Positions 48,179 through 61,573 of a stretch of 64,000 bases of DNA are shown one piece after another (position 1 is the first letter of the stretch; every line of letters starts with the position of its first letter). This DNA is from Dimorphilus gyrociliatus (Eukaryota > Animalia > Annelida). The position numbers and the translations under genes are program-made. The DNA is taken from NCBI GenBank assembly GCA_904063045.1, contig CAJFCJ010000006.1, positions 4,852,408 through 4,916,407 of the forward strand. The letters are read 5' to 3'. Under the pieces are notes generated by a model. The model saw only the letters and a list, made by a program, of their open reading frames with translations. It did no database searches and was not told the DNA's origin.

Positions 48179-49486
48179 TCTCTGCACGTTCTATCAAAGC
48201 ACTCCCCATACACTGGTGTTAAAGTTGCCACACCGAATTTGTTTTATTAATATGTTACCATAAGAGACTTTCTAAAAGGTGCATAATCAACTTTTAATAC
48301 CCATAAAAAAAAGGTGTATAAATTTGTCGACTTAATAGATTCGAACATCATATTACGTAATATTAGAGGGAGAAAATCCCTAAAAAATTAGGGTCTTAAT
48401 GCTTCTAGGATAACAAAATGATTATTGTATCGAGTTTTACTTAGCTTTTACTAAAATTCTATTCATTTTCGGCTTAAGACACAAGAAAGAAAAAATCATT
48501 CTTTGATGTTAACTTGTTAATAATTTACTATTGTTGTTTAATTACTATGCAAGAATAAGGCGGTAAATTAACCCCCTACAAATAAAGTTTCCTAAACAAC
48601 TTAAATCGTTTTTAATTTACCTCGAGGAATAGAGAATTACCTTGAAAGAAGTTGCGATAAATATCAATAATCTAATTGATAATTACTTAAATTTTAATGA
48701 CCCCTATAAACTATTTGATACAATATCCTGTATAAACTAAAAAGAAAGCCCTTATTACGCAATCGGGAAAGAAAGATTAACTCTTTATATCATCTATAAT
48801 ACGTACTTTGCGTGCTTACTTTCTTTTCTTGTCTCTGTCTCTCTCTTCTCTTTCTCTCTTTCTTTCTCCCTTCCACTCTATCTCTATATCTAAAGTCTAC
48901 TCTAAAACTTAAAGATAAGATTAAAGTGGACGAAATCCTCTTAATATCTTTATATATTACCATTGTTCTCTCAAGCGTTACCAATAGTAAAACCTAGAAA
49001 CGGCAAAACTCCCTAACATAGTTATAAACATACATAAAGAGGAGAGAATTTAGTGCGAATGGGCTCATTGATGACGTAAGAACTTAGGAAGTTGGAAATT
49101 ATAAGGAAAATTTGAGGGCGGTCGTCATTGGAAAATTACAAAGTTGTCAATTTGTGGAAAAACAAGAACCTTAAAAGAATTCTTTAAATACTATTATTAT
49201 AATATAAGTTGTATAACACACTTATCGTATAAAAAGACCTAAGGGAAAGAAATTTGTATTTTATTTTGTAGGTGTATTCTTAAATCTTGAATAAATTGAA
49301 GCTTTTATTCAAAGATAAAGACTTTTCAATGCTATTCTTATTTTTTACTTTCTTCGTAAAATAGCAAGACAGAAAATCTTGGTTGTTCTTATATTTAATA
49401 CGCTTAGGACAATTACACCTAGATCCCAAATGTAAAGTCGTAACGAACAATAAGATCTTAAATGCTGAAAGAACATTGGCAAAAGT

Positions 49487-49490
<4 letters not shown>

Positions 49491-49526
<36 letters not shown>
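49491..49526. repeat. (GA)18 microsatellite
   Basis: Directly visible. Confidence 0.95.
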
Positions 49527-49529
<3 letters not shown>

Positions 49530-50580
49530 TGCACCTAAAACGTTCTTATCCCTCTTATGTTTGCACACGTATTAATGATTGATAATCTTTTAACTAATTA
49601 AAATATAGTAGGCTATGAATCAAAGAACTCTTTTAAGTACTCAGAAGGGGTAGAAAGAAAAAGGGAGAAAGATAGAGGGAGAGTAGTAGTAGTAGTAAGG
49701 GAATTTATATTCGACTACCTTACATATAGATTTATAAGGGACCTTGTAAAAGTAATGTGGTAATTTATCATGAAAAAAAAAACGATACTATTCGGTTGCG
49801 AAGATGAATTTTTCTCTTCTTTTTCCCTGCCTCTGTTAATATACGTACATTGATAGTTTTTGTGTTGTATAATATATGTCAATGAAAAAGGAAAACAAGT
49901 GCAACAATTGGAGGATTGCGACAAATTTAGCTGATTGACTAAAAGACAAATTTTTCTATCATTTCCGCCACTTGCAAACACCAATTGAAGTAGAGTTTAA
50001 TCGATCATTCTATTACTTATGGTTCACTACTTTATGATCTCGATATTGGATGATAAAATATCTTTCGCATATCAAAGACCGAAAGACCGAGTTAAGACGT
50101 TGTTTTATTTATTTGAATGTATTATATAGGATAATATAAAGGGTAATTATGTCTGATATGGTAATAAGATGTAATTAGGTCTAAAAAGAGCCCTTAATAA
50201 TTAACTGATGCTGTTCGTGGAAATTTGTTTCAAAACACCCAAATGACTTTCAGTACCATTAAAAAATTTACTTATCGAATACAACTAGTATTTTCGGTTA
50301 ATTACTTCATAATAAACTAATGTAGATAGGTTTGTCTTTAAGGGTTGAAGAAGAGATTTTCCTGTCTTAATGTAGATTTATTCAAGTCTTGCATCAAATA
50401 TCAACTTTTTAAAAAGCCACATCTAATTTAAATCGTTTCCTATAGAACTTGGAGATGTCTCTACCGTATGAACTATTTAATAAAACGGCCTAAATGGTAG
50501 TGATGTCATTCTTTTTCATTCAAATAGTTTATGTAAAAATAAAGAAATTCAAGTTTAGTTGAAAAGAATTAAGTAAAAAT

Positions 50581-50855
50581 ATGCGCGTACTCATAGAAAA
50601 CCTAAAAGAGTTTTGCAGGAGAGTAAGATGTCAAAAATGCGGTAAATGGACTTGGACAGGTTTATATTGATTTTCTAAACTGAACCTAGGTATATTGTTT
50701 ACATATTATATATTTCTGTCTAATTGTTTGAAGGTTGCGGTCAGCATGTACAGCAAGTAATGAATGGTATTTCGCCGTCTGACATATGTCATTGTAAGAA
50801 GAATGAATCGACTAGTAAGCCGTTTCAACAACCTTACTACTACTGCAGATATTAA
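50581..50855 (+). CDS. Small Cys/His-rich microprotein (CxxCGKxTWxGCGxH...CxC), spliced; start uncertain
   Basis: Exon to 50659, GT-AG intron 50660-50733, exon 50734-50855. Reads ...FCRRVRCQKCGKWTWTG|CGQHVQQVMNGISPSDICHCKKNESTSKPFQQPYYYCRY*. Start is ATG 50581 or an upstream ATG micro-exon (50455 or 50494). Confidence 0.75.
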
Positions 50856-51007
50856 GAAAACGTGGTCAATTAGTTTTGGTTCTGTTTTCAATCTATAATT
50901 AATAATCAATCTCGGTATCATCATAATAATAAAATGAAAGGAATTCTTAATATTTTCATCACAATTATTATTGTATTTCTAATCTGCTTACAGAAATGTG
51001 AAGAAAA

Positions 51008-51412
51008 TTATTCGTTTTCTTCGGTACGCAAGCGAGCGTGCCCGTTTGTCAACTTGATGTTTAGTTGTTGGGCTCTGTCGACGATGGCTTTTCTCTTCCT
51101 TGAAGAGACTGCGTGGCCAATTTCTCCGGCGTAGACGCGGTTTTGCATCAACAACAATTCCAAATCTTTCACGTTGTTGACAAGGAATTTCTTGAAGCCG
51201 TTGGGCATAACGTGACGTGATTTTGCGCTCGAGCCATAACCAACATTGGGCATCAAGAATTGACCCTTAAATCGGCGACGAACTCTGTTGTCGATACCTT
51301 TCGGCTTTCTCCAGCTCTTCTTTATTTTATCATATCTATCCGATTGGTGGCGAATAAACTTCTTTGTTCGCTTCTTAGACTCTTGGCGCTTTCTAAGTGG
51401 TCGTATCGCCAT
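51008..51412 (-). CDS. RPL32: 60S ribosomal protein L32 (eL32), intronless CDS
   Basis: [45 protein letters not shown]. Confidence 0.98.
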   Translation of the reverse strand: MAIRPLRKRQESKKRTKKFIRHQSDRYDKIKKSWRKPKGIDNRVRRRFKGQFLMPNVGYGSSAKSRHVMPNGFKKFLVNNVKDLELLLMQNRVYAGEIGHAVSSRKRKAIVDRAQQLNIKLTNGHARLRTEENE

Positions 51413-51899
51413 TGTTCTGAAGATATTAATTAAATTATTAAAACGATTTTAAAGAAAAAATTTTCATATGAGTGTTTATATAACAATATGGCGACTTTTA
51501 GCCTGGAACGATAATAGCGAAACTTGGTGATATAGATTATTTCAATGATTAAATTTTCATTATTTTACACCATTAGGAATCTTTGTTATCTTATTTAAAG
51601 AACACAGGTAAATTTATTCTACTATAATGACTAAAATATACAAATTTCTTTAATAACTTACACAAAAAGTTGCACACGCTTCTTATAGGCAAAAAAGGAA
51701 GGATCCTACCAGTTTTCGTAGAGCCTCTGCCATTACGACGCTTACCCCATCTACAGTTTATTTCAGCACTAATTCCCCTAACGGCTCTAGTTGTGTCGAA
51801 ATAATTCAAAGTCAGCTACATTAAGTACAATCAATTAAGAATTTATTTGGTTAAAATCATACAAAAAAGGCCTCTTAAACGAATAAAGACTTTTAAAGA

Positions 51900-54800
51900 T
51901 CAATCAAAACTTGGTAAATCTATTTTAGCTGATTCTGAAAGTTCTTTAATAGCATTTAAACAATTTTTCATCTGCTCGCACCTTTCTATCACTTTGTCAT
52001 ACTGCTGTGAAGTTGATTTTAAGGCTTGTTTATATAGCTTTTTATAAAATTCAATAATTTCTATAGTTGGTACGTTTTTTCCCTTAACCGATGAATTAAT
52101 TTGAACGATCGCTAACAAAGTCGCCAGTAGTCGGCTTCGCAATATAGCTTCCAGCTTCAATACTTCATTCTCATCTATATTTATTGCTTGTTGAATATTG
52201 GAAGAATTTAATATCTGACTATCGTTGAGTTGTTGACTTATTATTTGCAGTGGTTCAATAGCGTATAAACACAGGGATAGTCCTGTTTTCAAAGTATTGA
52301 ACTTGGTTGAATATTCCGTTTGGTCTAAAAATTAAATTATTCAACATAATTATAATCAGAGAAAGAAAGAAAGAGAAAAATAATTAATTAACTACTTTTT
52401 AATGTATATTCACAAAAAGCTATTCTCTCAAGAATTATTCGTATGCATTCCGTTGAGCTTTCAAGTTCTTTAAAGATTCTTAATGCCGAATTATAATGAT
52501 AATTTAAATTACTCTTTAATTTCTTTTGCCTTGAAGCATTACGAGACTGCAAAAGTTATTAAAAAAATTATTTTTTTATTTTATACTGCCCTAATTAAAA
52601 ATGAAATTGAAAATACCTGATTACGTAATGTGTTATGATATAGAGAAGCAAGACGATGATGGATAGTAGCTTCTCTATATTGGCAAGTTGGAAATTTAGC
52701 TGAATTTGGTTCTACTTTACAGTTTTCTAGAGCTAAAAGTAGATAGTTTGTGACTTTTTCTTCGATCTAAATGACATCCCAAGTGAATAGAGTATTTAGA
52801 TATAAGTATACTTTATTCGATTCCCTCCTTACCTGCTCTTCGGCCATTACACTCACTGGAGGATGGTCCTGCATCAGTGTTCCTAATGAGAAATAAGTAG
52901 AACTTAAATTCCAGCGTATATTATCCATAAACTGAATATTTTCAAAGTCTTTTGCATTCTCCAAAAGTTGAAGTGACTTTTGGAAATGATCAGCAGCCTA
53001 TGTATTAGAGTATTTTTATAATAATTATACATAATTGCTGGAATAAATCATACACATACCATTCTGAAATATTTCCCCTCTGCAGTACTAAATTCACCCC
53101 TTTCAGAATGAAAACGATTATGAGCTTCAGCGCATAATCTAAGAATAGTTCCAATATTATTGTGCAATATACTTTTATTTAGAAAGTCTTCGGCTGCCAG
53201 CCAAGTGGGAATAGATTATAATTAGTAAATATTTTACAGTAATATACTTCTTTAATTAGTATATTTTATAAATTATATACCTTGAAAAGATTTTAGCCCT
53301 CTTTCGAAGCAGTCAATAGCTTGATTAGCGAATTTTCTAAATCTATTTTCCTGATCAACATCTTCGTAAGATTTTCTTGAATTATACATGAATAGCATGC
53401 CTAATTCATTCCAAACGTTTCCTGCTCTTTTCATTAAGTCGTGATCGCTAAAAGATTGTCTTTTTTGAACGAGTAATTTAAGAGCTGTTTGGTAGCATTC
53501 AGCTGCGTGCACTAACATATCTTCATTATCCAATCTTTTAAATGTTTCATTGATCCAATCGTACTCTTTGAGTGAAACGTTTTCAATTAATTACTAGGTA
53601 ATGAACTTATGAATAAGACATTAAGTTACCGAATTCCTTTTCTGCCAATGATTCTGAACATGAATCTGTAATAATATTTCCAGCTATTTCATCAATGTCG
53701 GTGGCATGAATTGTTGTCTTAAGTAGACGGTCGATATTTTCTCCATCCCTAACTAATCTCTCCACTGTCACAAGAGTATCACCAAGAATGCCCAAACAAA
53801 TTGCTTTACTCGATTGGGTTCTAGGAATATTTTTCTCCGGCAGCGACAGCAAATTACACGATTCTAGGAAAGATAATATTTGATAGTATTTAATAAAGAA
53901 AATTTACTTTAGGCAAGAATATTATAAATGCAATTACCGAAACAAAAGACAGCTTTCTTAACAAAAACCAAAGTATCACCATAATTTTTCTCTTCCATTG
54001 TAAAATAAGCTAAATCAGTGTAACATTCACCACTTTTGGCTAAAAGTAAATTCCTTAATTCTCGATGCCAGTTAAACTGAGAAGAGTCTGCAAATTTTCA
54101 CAAGTAAAAATATACCACAATTATATATAATAATATATAGAAAAGTAAAAAAAATTATGAAAGGAAAAAAACTATTACGTTTAACAAGCGACTCGCTATT
54201 AGTGTTTTTTACACTGAGTGGCTTATAGTGTAAGGGTATGGCCTGTGACGGATTACAGTGAGCTTGTTCTTCGACAGTATGCTTTTCAGTTCTTCTGATT
54301 TTTTCCAAGCTAGATCTAATTGACTTTAATGCCAGGACAATGTGCTCAAGGCCTTTAGCGCATTTCTCTTTAAGATCACTCGGTAGACGCTTGTATTGTT
54401 CTCCCTATCAAGTAAAATTATGTAAATATTATGTTATTCTTTGAGGTAAAATTACCTGACGGACTGAACTCTCAGCCCATTGTGAAATACGATAGTCAGG
54501 TGAAAGGAGTTGTTTGACATTTATAGAATTAAAATTATCGCCACTTTCTGGAATAGTATCTTTATCATCTTCATCATCTTCAAAAATCTGTGAGTCACTA
54601 TCATCACTTTCCCCCTCTTCGTCATCCCTAGTGTATAAGTCCGCCAGTAGATAGTGTGCTGAGGTTATTATTCTCTTATGTTCCTCTTCGTCAATAAGTT
54701 TAATACAGTTATTTAATAAAGTTCGAACAGTTTTTGCTTTCTTTTTGCCTTCAGTTTGCATCATTTTTTGAGCCACTCTATAAAGTAACAATCCAACTGG

Positions 54801-56464
54801 ACCGGTAAAAGGATTAGCACTATCAGAAAATTCTTGGCTTGTTGGTTCATCGTTATATAAAGAAGTTAAATCATACAATTTCACATAGTCATCCGTTTCG
54901 CCTGTTTAATAGGAAAAATTTTATTTAATAATCATCGATTGGTTAAACATACAATTGAAACTCAACCTTTAAATAACCAATAAGTATGTCCCTCCTTTGT
55001 AGCATTTGTTTTCAGGAACATTAATATATTTTGAGCAATATTTTTTATCACTTGGGGCCTAAATCTAGAGTTTTCTAAATTAGGTATTTCTTCAGTTTTA
55101 TATAAAGTATATTCTTGAACCATCCCGTTCAAATGATAGCACATGGCAAGTTCTGGAACATTGCACATGAGATTATCGAGCCAATAGTCTATACCGGTCA
55201 GAACATTGATAGGCTTCTCGGTGTCTCTGAGCCTGAGGCTGACACAAGGATGGTTTAGGTCTCCAAAAATAGGTAAGTCTGTTCCAATTAGCATTGTTAA
55301 ATCTTCAAACGACCAAACACAAGTTCTTTGATATTCTTTCTCAGGTTTATGTCCCTTGATTATTTGCAAAAAGAGGATAAAAACTACAAGCCCTAAAAAA
55401 GAAGAAAACTTGTATGAAAATATCTTACCGGGGGAAATATGTCAAGAAGAGAGTATAAATTGTTTGGTGCTTGTAAATCAGTACATTCTGGGGTCTCTTC
55501 CGGTTTTTCATCACGTGCCTCAGGAAGGCTTTGGAAATGAGTATTTATTTTACCATTAGGTATACTTCTAATAAACTGTTTTTATTCAATAGCCTACCTA
55601 TAATATAAAAATTTAGAAAACATGTTACGGTCTTGTAAATAGTCTCTACTCTTATTTTTCTTTGTTGAAAATTCCATCTGACTTTGAATAGTTTCTAAAT
55701 AAAATTTTCTTAGCCATTCCCAATCATCCTAAAAAGTGTAGAGTTGTTCTTTAAAAGTAAAATCTAATGGTGCCTCTTATATCTGTTTAACAACCTGCTG
55801 TTTTCTAAGTAAATGCCTATGAATATCAAATTCATCTATTAGAACGGTTCTACCAATTTTATGAACAATCATGGACACAGGAGCTTTACTATAAGGCATT
55901 TTTAGCAATTGTTTAATATTCTGTAAGTAAAATTTAATAAATGAAGTAATATTGGGATATTTGTAAAAGTAATAGCATTAAGATTACATACTTCAGAATC
56001 AGTTATTATGTCAATTTCTCCAACACATTCTGGAAATGTGTGAGCCATTTGGAAGCTTGTAAATAAGTGATTGGTCTTCAGGGAGACATCCCGCACGAAA
56101 CTTTCATATTTCGAAGATGCTCTAAGCCAATTTTTTGGAGCCTTATTTAGGTTGGTGTTGAATTGTAACCTCTGTTCAGATGTAGGGAAAAGAAATTCAT
56201 GTTGCTTATCACTAATGCTATTTCAATACTAACATTAAATTCGCTTAGAGGGGTGACAGATTCATATTTGACAATTGCCGACGATTTTACGTCATAGAGT
56301 TTACATAATTGGTTCTCAGCAGAAATTTGTTCATTGTTCTCTATTTTGATTTTATCAGAGGACCTGAACGCATCCGGTAGCTATAAAATTAGAAGCTATT
56401 GTATTTGAATGTCCTATTCTTCAAAAAGACTTACTGAGATATTCTTAACACTACTGTTTTCCAT
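51900..56464 (-). CDS. EDRF1: Erythroid differentiation-related factor 1
   Basis: LRLRDTEKPINVLTGIDYWLDNLMCNVPELAMCYHLNG...KEGHTYWLFK...KLYDLT; N-terminal VKSSAIVKY...NWLR; TPR-like C-terminal exons. Confidence 0.92.
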
Positions 56465-56700
56465 TTCAAGCTCTTTGGACAATTTTCAGATATTTTAATG
56501 AGCTATTGATACTATATTATATAAATGATTTATTACGCTCTCTTTCGCGATTTGCTGCCAAAAATAAAAATTCTGCAAAAAGAAACATCTGGAAAGACAC
56601 TTAATTTGCAATAGTTAAAAAATTGTTGGAACACCACACCGTGTTAAAGGTGCCATGGCGCGATCAAAACAATATGGCGTCCGATGTCACGTTGCTGGCA
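56465..56700. promoter_or_regulatory. Compact bidirectional promoter EDRF1/PRADC1 with YY1-like ATGGCG motifs
   Basis: 236 bp between divergent ATGs; ccatggcg at ~56653 and atatggcg at ~56672. Confidence 0.6.
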
Positions 56701-57547
56701 ATGAATTTTATTCGAATTTTCGTTATTTATACATTTGCAACTTTTATTGTTTTTTGTCGTAAGTAATCCATTTAATTTACTTTGGGTATGTCATACTTAT
56801 GGCTTTATTATTTTACGATGATAGACACAGGAGGTGATTTACACCTAGAATCTGTTTCAACTGGTGATACCAGTGCTGGAACTGTAAATTATTATTTTGA
56901 ATTGACTGATCCTCCAGAAATAGGATATATGTATAAGATTAGACAAGCAAGGGACTTTGGAGCCTCATTAGTAAGTGTATTTTTAAAATATTTTTGTTTG
57001 TATGCATCGAACGATTTTTCATTCATAGAATGAAACTTTATTAAATGTTGAGCTAATACCTTCAAACCCTATCCACGGCTGTTCCAAGTTGGAAAATGTG
57101 CGCTATGTAAAAAAAAATATAGCTTTAGTGGAAAGAGGGTAAGTTTATTTGTTTGATATTTTTAAAAATTTCAACTGACTGATATTAATATTTTAGAGGT
57201 TGCTCGTTTCTCTCAAAAACTATTAACGCTGAGATGGCTGGAGCTGTTGCAGTAATTATTATGGATAATGACCATTCGAACTACGATCGTTTTATTGATA
57301 TGATTCAAGATGAGACTAACCGCAGAACTATGCTTCCGGCATACTTTCTATTAGGAAAAGATGGGTACAGTAATTTAATTTTATTAGTCTTTTGGGAATA
57401 CAGATTGTTCTTCCTTTTCATTTCAGGATTATTATTAGAAGAACGTTAGAACAAAAGCATTTACACGGTGCTTTGATCAACATTCCGTTAAATCTTTCAT
57501 TAGTGCCTTTGCATAAACGGAGGCTTCCACCATGGACTATATGGTGA
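56701..57547 (+). CDS. PRADC1: Protease-associated domain-containing protein 1
   Basis: Signal peptide exon, YFELTDP...ARDFG, IALVERG, AGAVAVIIMDN...MIQD...FLLGKDG, C-terminal PPWTIW*. Confidence 0.92.
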
Positions 57548-57883
57548 TAATAGCAAAAAAAAAGAGGTTTTGGTGATAAACTTTAGAGATTTGCTCAGAA
57601 TACCGTTTTTTTTTTAAAAGCCGACTTCATCTTTTATCAGTAGGAAAATAAATTTGTAAACTGCAATAGTAAAAGAATGTTCTTTTTAAAAGCACAAAAA
57701 ATCACCTATATCGGTAAAAAATAAAAGTTGGAGAATTTTTGCAAACGATTATGAATTTGTACTTTAGATGCAAACATAAACGAAAATGTGTAAAGTCTGG
57801 CATTGTAATTCAAATTAATAAATCCTACATTTGAAATTTCGAAAAGCATATTCAATAGCACTTGAATGAATCTTTTTATGTAT

Positions 57884-59920
57884 TTAGCTAGATGAATTAG
57901 AAGATTGATTCCTATCTGTCCAGGCTTCATGATGTCCTTTGACAGTACGATGAGGGTTTTCTCGAAGTGATTCTGCTCCATTCGATTCTAGATGCCCAAC
58001 ATCTAACTGCATATTATCTGCTGTACACTTATCAACATTACCATCCCTGTCTAGCACAGGCTCTAAATCATTTTCCTTATAAACTTCCTGTTTGCTCTCG
58101 TATCCCTTTTCTATAGATTTTTCCTCATCATCGGAACAAATAACTTTGATACTACCACGAGCCTTCTTCTTCCGCCTTCTTTTCCTCTTTTTCAGCGAGT
58201 ATTCATAACGAAATTTCTCTTCGCTTTCGTCCGAATCCCACCTCACCGTTCCTGGTAACATACCCCGCAATTCCTCCGTAGAAGAGAAAGATAGGAGCGA
58301 ATCATCATCATCCGAGAAATGGGTTATATGCGTATTAATAGAGCTCAATAAAAGCTCTTCAATATATAAACTGGCAGCAGATGCCTCTTCTTCTAGTGTT
58401 GCACGTTCTTGTTCAGATAAATCACTATTCGACAACCTGTAACCGATAATAAAAATTTTTGAAGATAAAAAACTTGCAGGTTCATATGTAGTGAATATTA
58501 CTTTTCGAGTAAAAATTTTGATTTCTCGGTAACACTCTGACTAGTCTTTTCCTGGGCTATGCTAGGATCAGATGCTACTTCCACGTCAAGTGGTAGAGAA
58601 AACTTCGTCATACTCATTTCTGGCGTCTGGGAGACGTTATTTGACTGAGGTGGCGGATTCGAGAAGGTTCCTCGATTAAATGTAGATTGTGGAGGTACGT
58701 TTACCTGCGGCTCAGACATCCTATCCATACGACGAGGTAGCCTCTCTAATTGTTGCCTAGTAAAAATCGATTTAAATGTTTTTGACATTTTATAGAGTAA
58801 AATTACCTAGTTGTCTGCAATTGCATTTCAAGTTGCTGTAATCGAGACGACACACTATGCGCCGGAGTCCCTCTTCCACGTACCGTTGACAGTTGAGATA
58901 AGAGTTCTGATCAGATAAAAATGTTTCGTAATCCATGGATTAAGTACGAGCAAAAGTACGTGCATTTAGTTAGTCAAAACAGGTTGATGTAAACAAGAAT
59001 TGAAATATCTTCTAAATATTTCATTTTGTCATACTGTTCATATAAAAAGAACAAACTAACCTGCAATAGGATCAAAATTTGAAGCGTCTCTGGCGGCTGC
59101 TGTTAGTGTCGAGAAATTGGCTTGGAAGGGTCCAGTATTGGAAGTACTACGACGACCACGACCTATACCCCTTGTAGAATGGGGAATTCGTCGCATGTGA
59201 CGGATTCCACTTAAAGGCTCTTCCTACAGCGATTTTAATAGCAAAATGAATAATGCACGAAAATAACAATTTAAAATTCGAAAGAAAACTTACAAATTCC
59301 TTTGGTGCTCGATGCTCTACTGCTAAATGAGAGGTAAAATCATCAGTTACATGGTTAGGATCTCCTCCAGGCTGTGACGCGCATATAGGACAAACCTGTG
59401 AATAGATTAGTATAAAGTATGATTGCCTCTGTAGCTATTAGTAACGGTTGTTGTAAGTATAAAGACTAAGTACAAACCACTTCATTTCCAGCTTCAGCAT
59501 GCTCATTTGATACGTGATCGTGTAAATTGATGTCGGTAAATCCAAATCTACCACAATACGGGCATGTAAAAGATACTGCTTGATCATGCGGCATAATTTC
59601 TCCACCGAAATATAATTCTAAATGTTGGAATTGCAGCTGACTGTTTTATTATAAATTCAATGATTATACTAACCTAAATCAGCTTTAGTCAAAATGCATT
59701 GCATCGGATGATCGGGTGTATGACGAGGCGAAGCGGCAGAATTTTCAAAACAGCTCGCGCAAAGGTCAAAATCATAACATTTAAGACATTTATAACGTTT
59801 TCCCTTAAAGTTACTTTTCAGGCACGCGTCGCAACTAACACCTAAAAACGTTTTAAAAGGAGATTAAATCGAAGATATTGCTATGGAATTCCAGTGAATA
59901 CCTTCGTGTCTCGAAGTCAT
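57884..59920 (-). CDS. KCMF1: E3 ubiquitin ligase KCMF1 (ZZ and Di19-type zinc fingers) with long C-terminal extension
   Basis: MTSRHEG|VSCDACLKSNFKGKRYKCLKCYDFDLCASC...HPMQCILT; FTCPYCG; VCPICASQPGGDPNHVTDDFTSHLAVEHR; LYIEELLLSS. Confidence 0.93.
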
Positions 59921-60281
59921 TCTTGGCAAGTGCACTTAAAGCGGCCTCAAATAATTCGATAAATAATGAACTTTAACGTAAACAATTCAACCGAGAGAAT
60001 GGTAACTTAATTTATTTTAAGAAACGTTGAAAAATTGAAAAATATACTAATAGTTCTTCCTGATGGTGAAATGGTCGTCAGCTCGGTTCGACTGCATTCA
60101 TGTTCCGTTTCCGGTTTTTTAATAATTCTAATAAATCTAGAAAAAAACAACACCAACCATGTTTATAAATTTTATTGTATTATTGGTAAAATTTTGGAAG
60201 AATTTTTTTCACTTTACGCAAGAAAAGTTTAAACAAGAAAAACCTGAGCAGATCGGTAAGAGATTAGAACCTTGACCGAAA

Positions 60282-61573
60282 ATGGCGGCATCAATTTCTC
60301 GAGTAGTAGTCTATGGTGGAAAAGGAGCTTTAGGAAGAGAAATAGTCGGTTATTTTAAGCAAAAAAGTTGGGTAAGTTTAATTTTATTAACTATCCTTAC
60401 TTTGTCATAAAGTGTAATTATAGTCTAGTGGAAGGAATAGTTAATTTTGTTTTCAGCCTATTTATGCGTATAGGCCTATACAATTCCATGTTTGTTTTGT
60501 CACCGTCACCCTAAAGCTTTTATGCTAGTGACGGAAATTAGAGGGAAATATCGTAAAATTTTTAAGTTAGGGGATCGATTTTATGGGCTTTAAACAATAA
60601 GTTGTCGAATTACACAAACTTTGAACTTTGTAGTGGGTCGGTAGCATTGACATTTTCGGTAACGATGAAGCAAATGCTAATTTCCTAATCAATCCGGAAT
60701 TATCTTGGACTGAGCAAAACGAATCGATAAATAATCAGGTTTGTGACTTATTTCAGTCTACACTTCCCAATTGAACTCAAAAATTATCAATTAGGTATCT
60801 TCGGCGATAGGAGATGAAAAATTGGACGCAATTGTATGCGTCGCGGGAGGTTGGGCTGGCGGAAATGCAGCCTCTAAAGGTACTATAATACTTATTTTGA
60901 ATATCCATTTAAAGCTTATGGGTTTTTTTTTTAGATTTGGTTAAAAATAGCGATTTGATGTGGAAGCAAAGCGTTTGGACGTCGATTATTGCAGCTGGCC
61001 TGGCTTCAAAGTAGGTTTTAGAATAAAAACCTCTAACGTTTTCTCATTTTCTAAATAAACATGATTATTGTTCTTTTTATTTGTACTTTAGTTATCTTAA
61101 AGTTGGTGGTATGTTGACATTAACGGGAGCAAAGGCTGCACTAGAATCTACACCAGGCATGATTGGATATGGCATGGCAAAAGCTGCTGTGCACCAACTC
61201 GTTGCCAGTTTATCGGATGGCAAAGGAGGGCTTCCCGAAAATAGCTGTGTAGCTGCTATATTACCGTGGGTATTACAACTTTGTCCTTTGTCTGTTAAAA
61301 ACGTCTTTCAATTCTTATAGTATTACCCTTGATACTCCTATGAATCGTAAATTTATGCCCAAGGCTGATACTTCTACTTGGACACCACTCGATTTCGTTG
61401 CAAAGTACGGAAAAGAATCATTTACACAATCAATAATCTGTAACAATACTTTAACTTCGATTTTCAGGCTGCTCTACAGCTGGTCTACTAATGTCGACAG
61501 ACCGATTAGTGGCAGTTTAATGCAACTTGAAACGAAAGATGGAAAAACCGAATTGAAAACGGCTAAGATGTAG
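60282..61573 (+). CDS. QDPR: Dihydropteridine reductase
   Basis: [63 protein letters not shown]. Confidence 0.96.

Noticed and set aside
48003-48263. 86-aa plus-strand ORF over the GC-rich island
   Set aside because: No recognisable motif or splice support; openness is explained by local GC content. Treated as non-coding.
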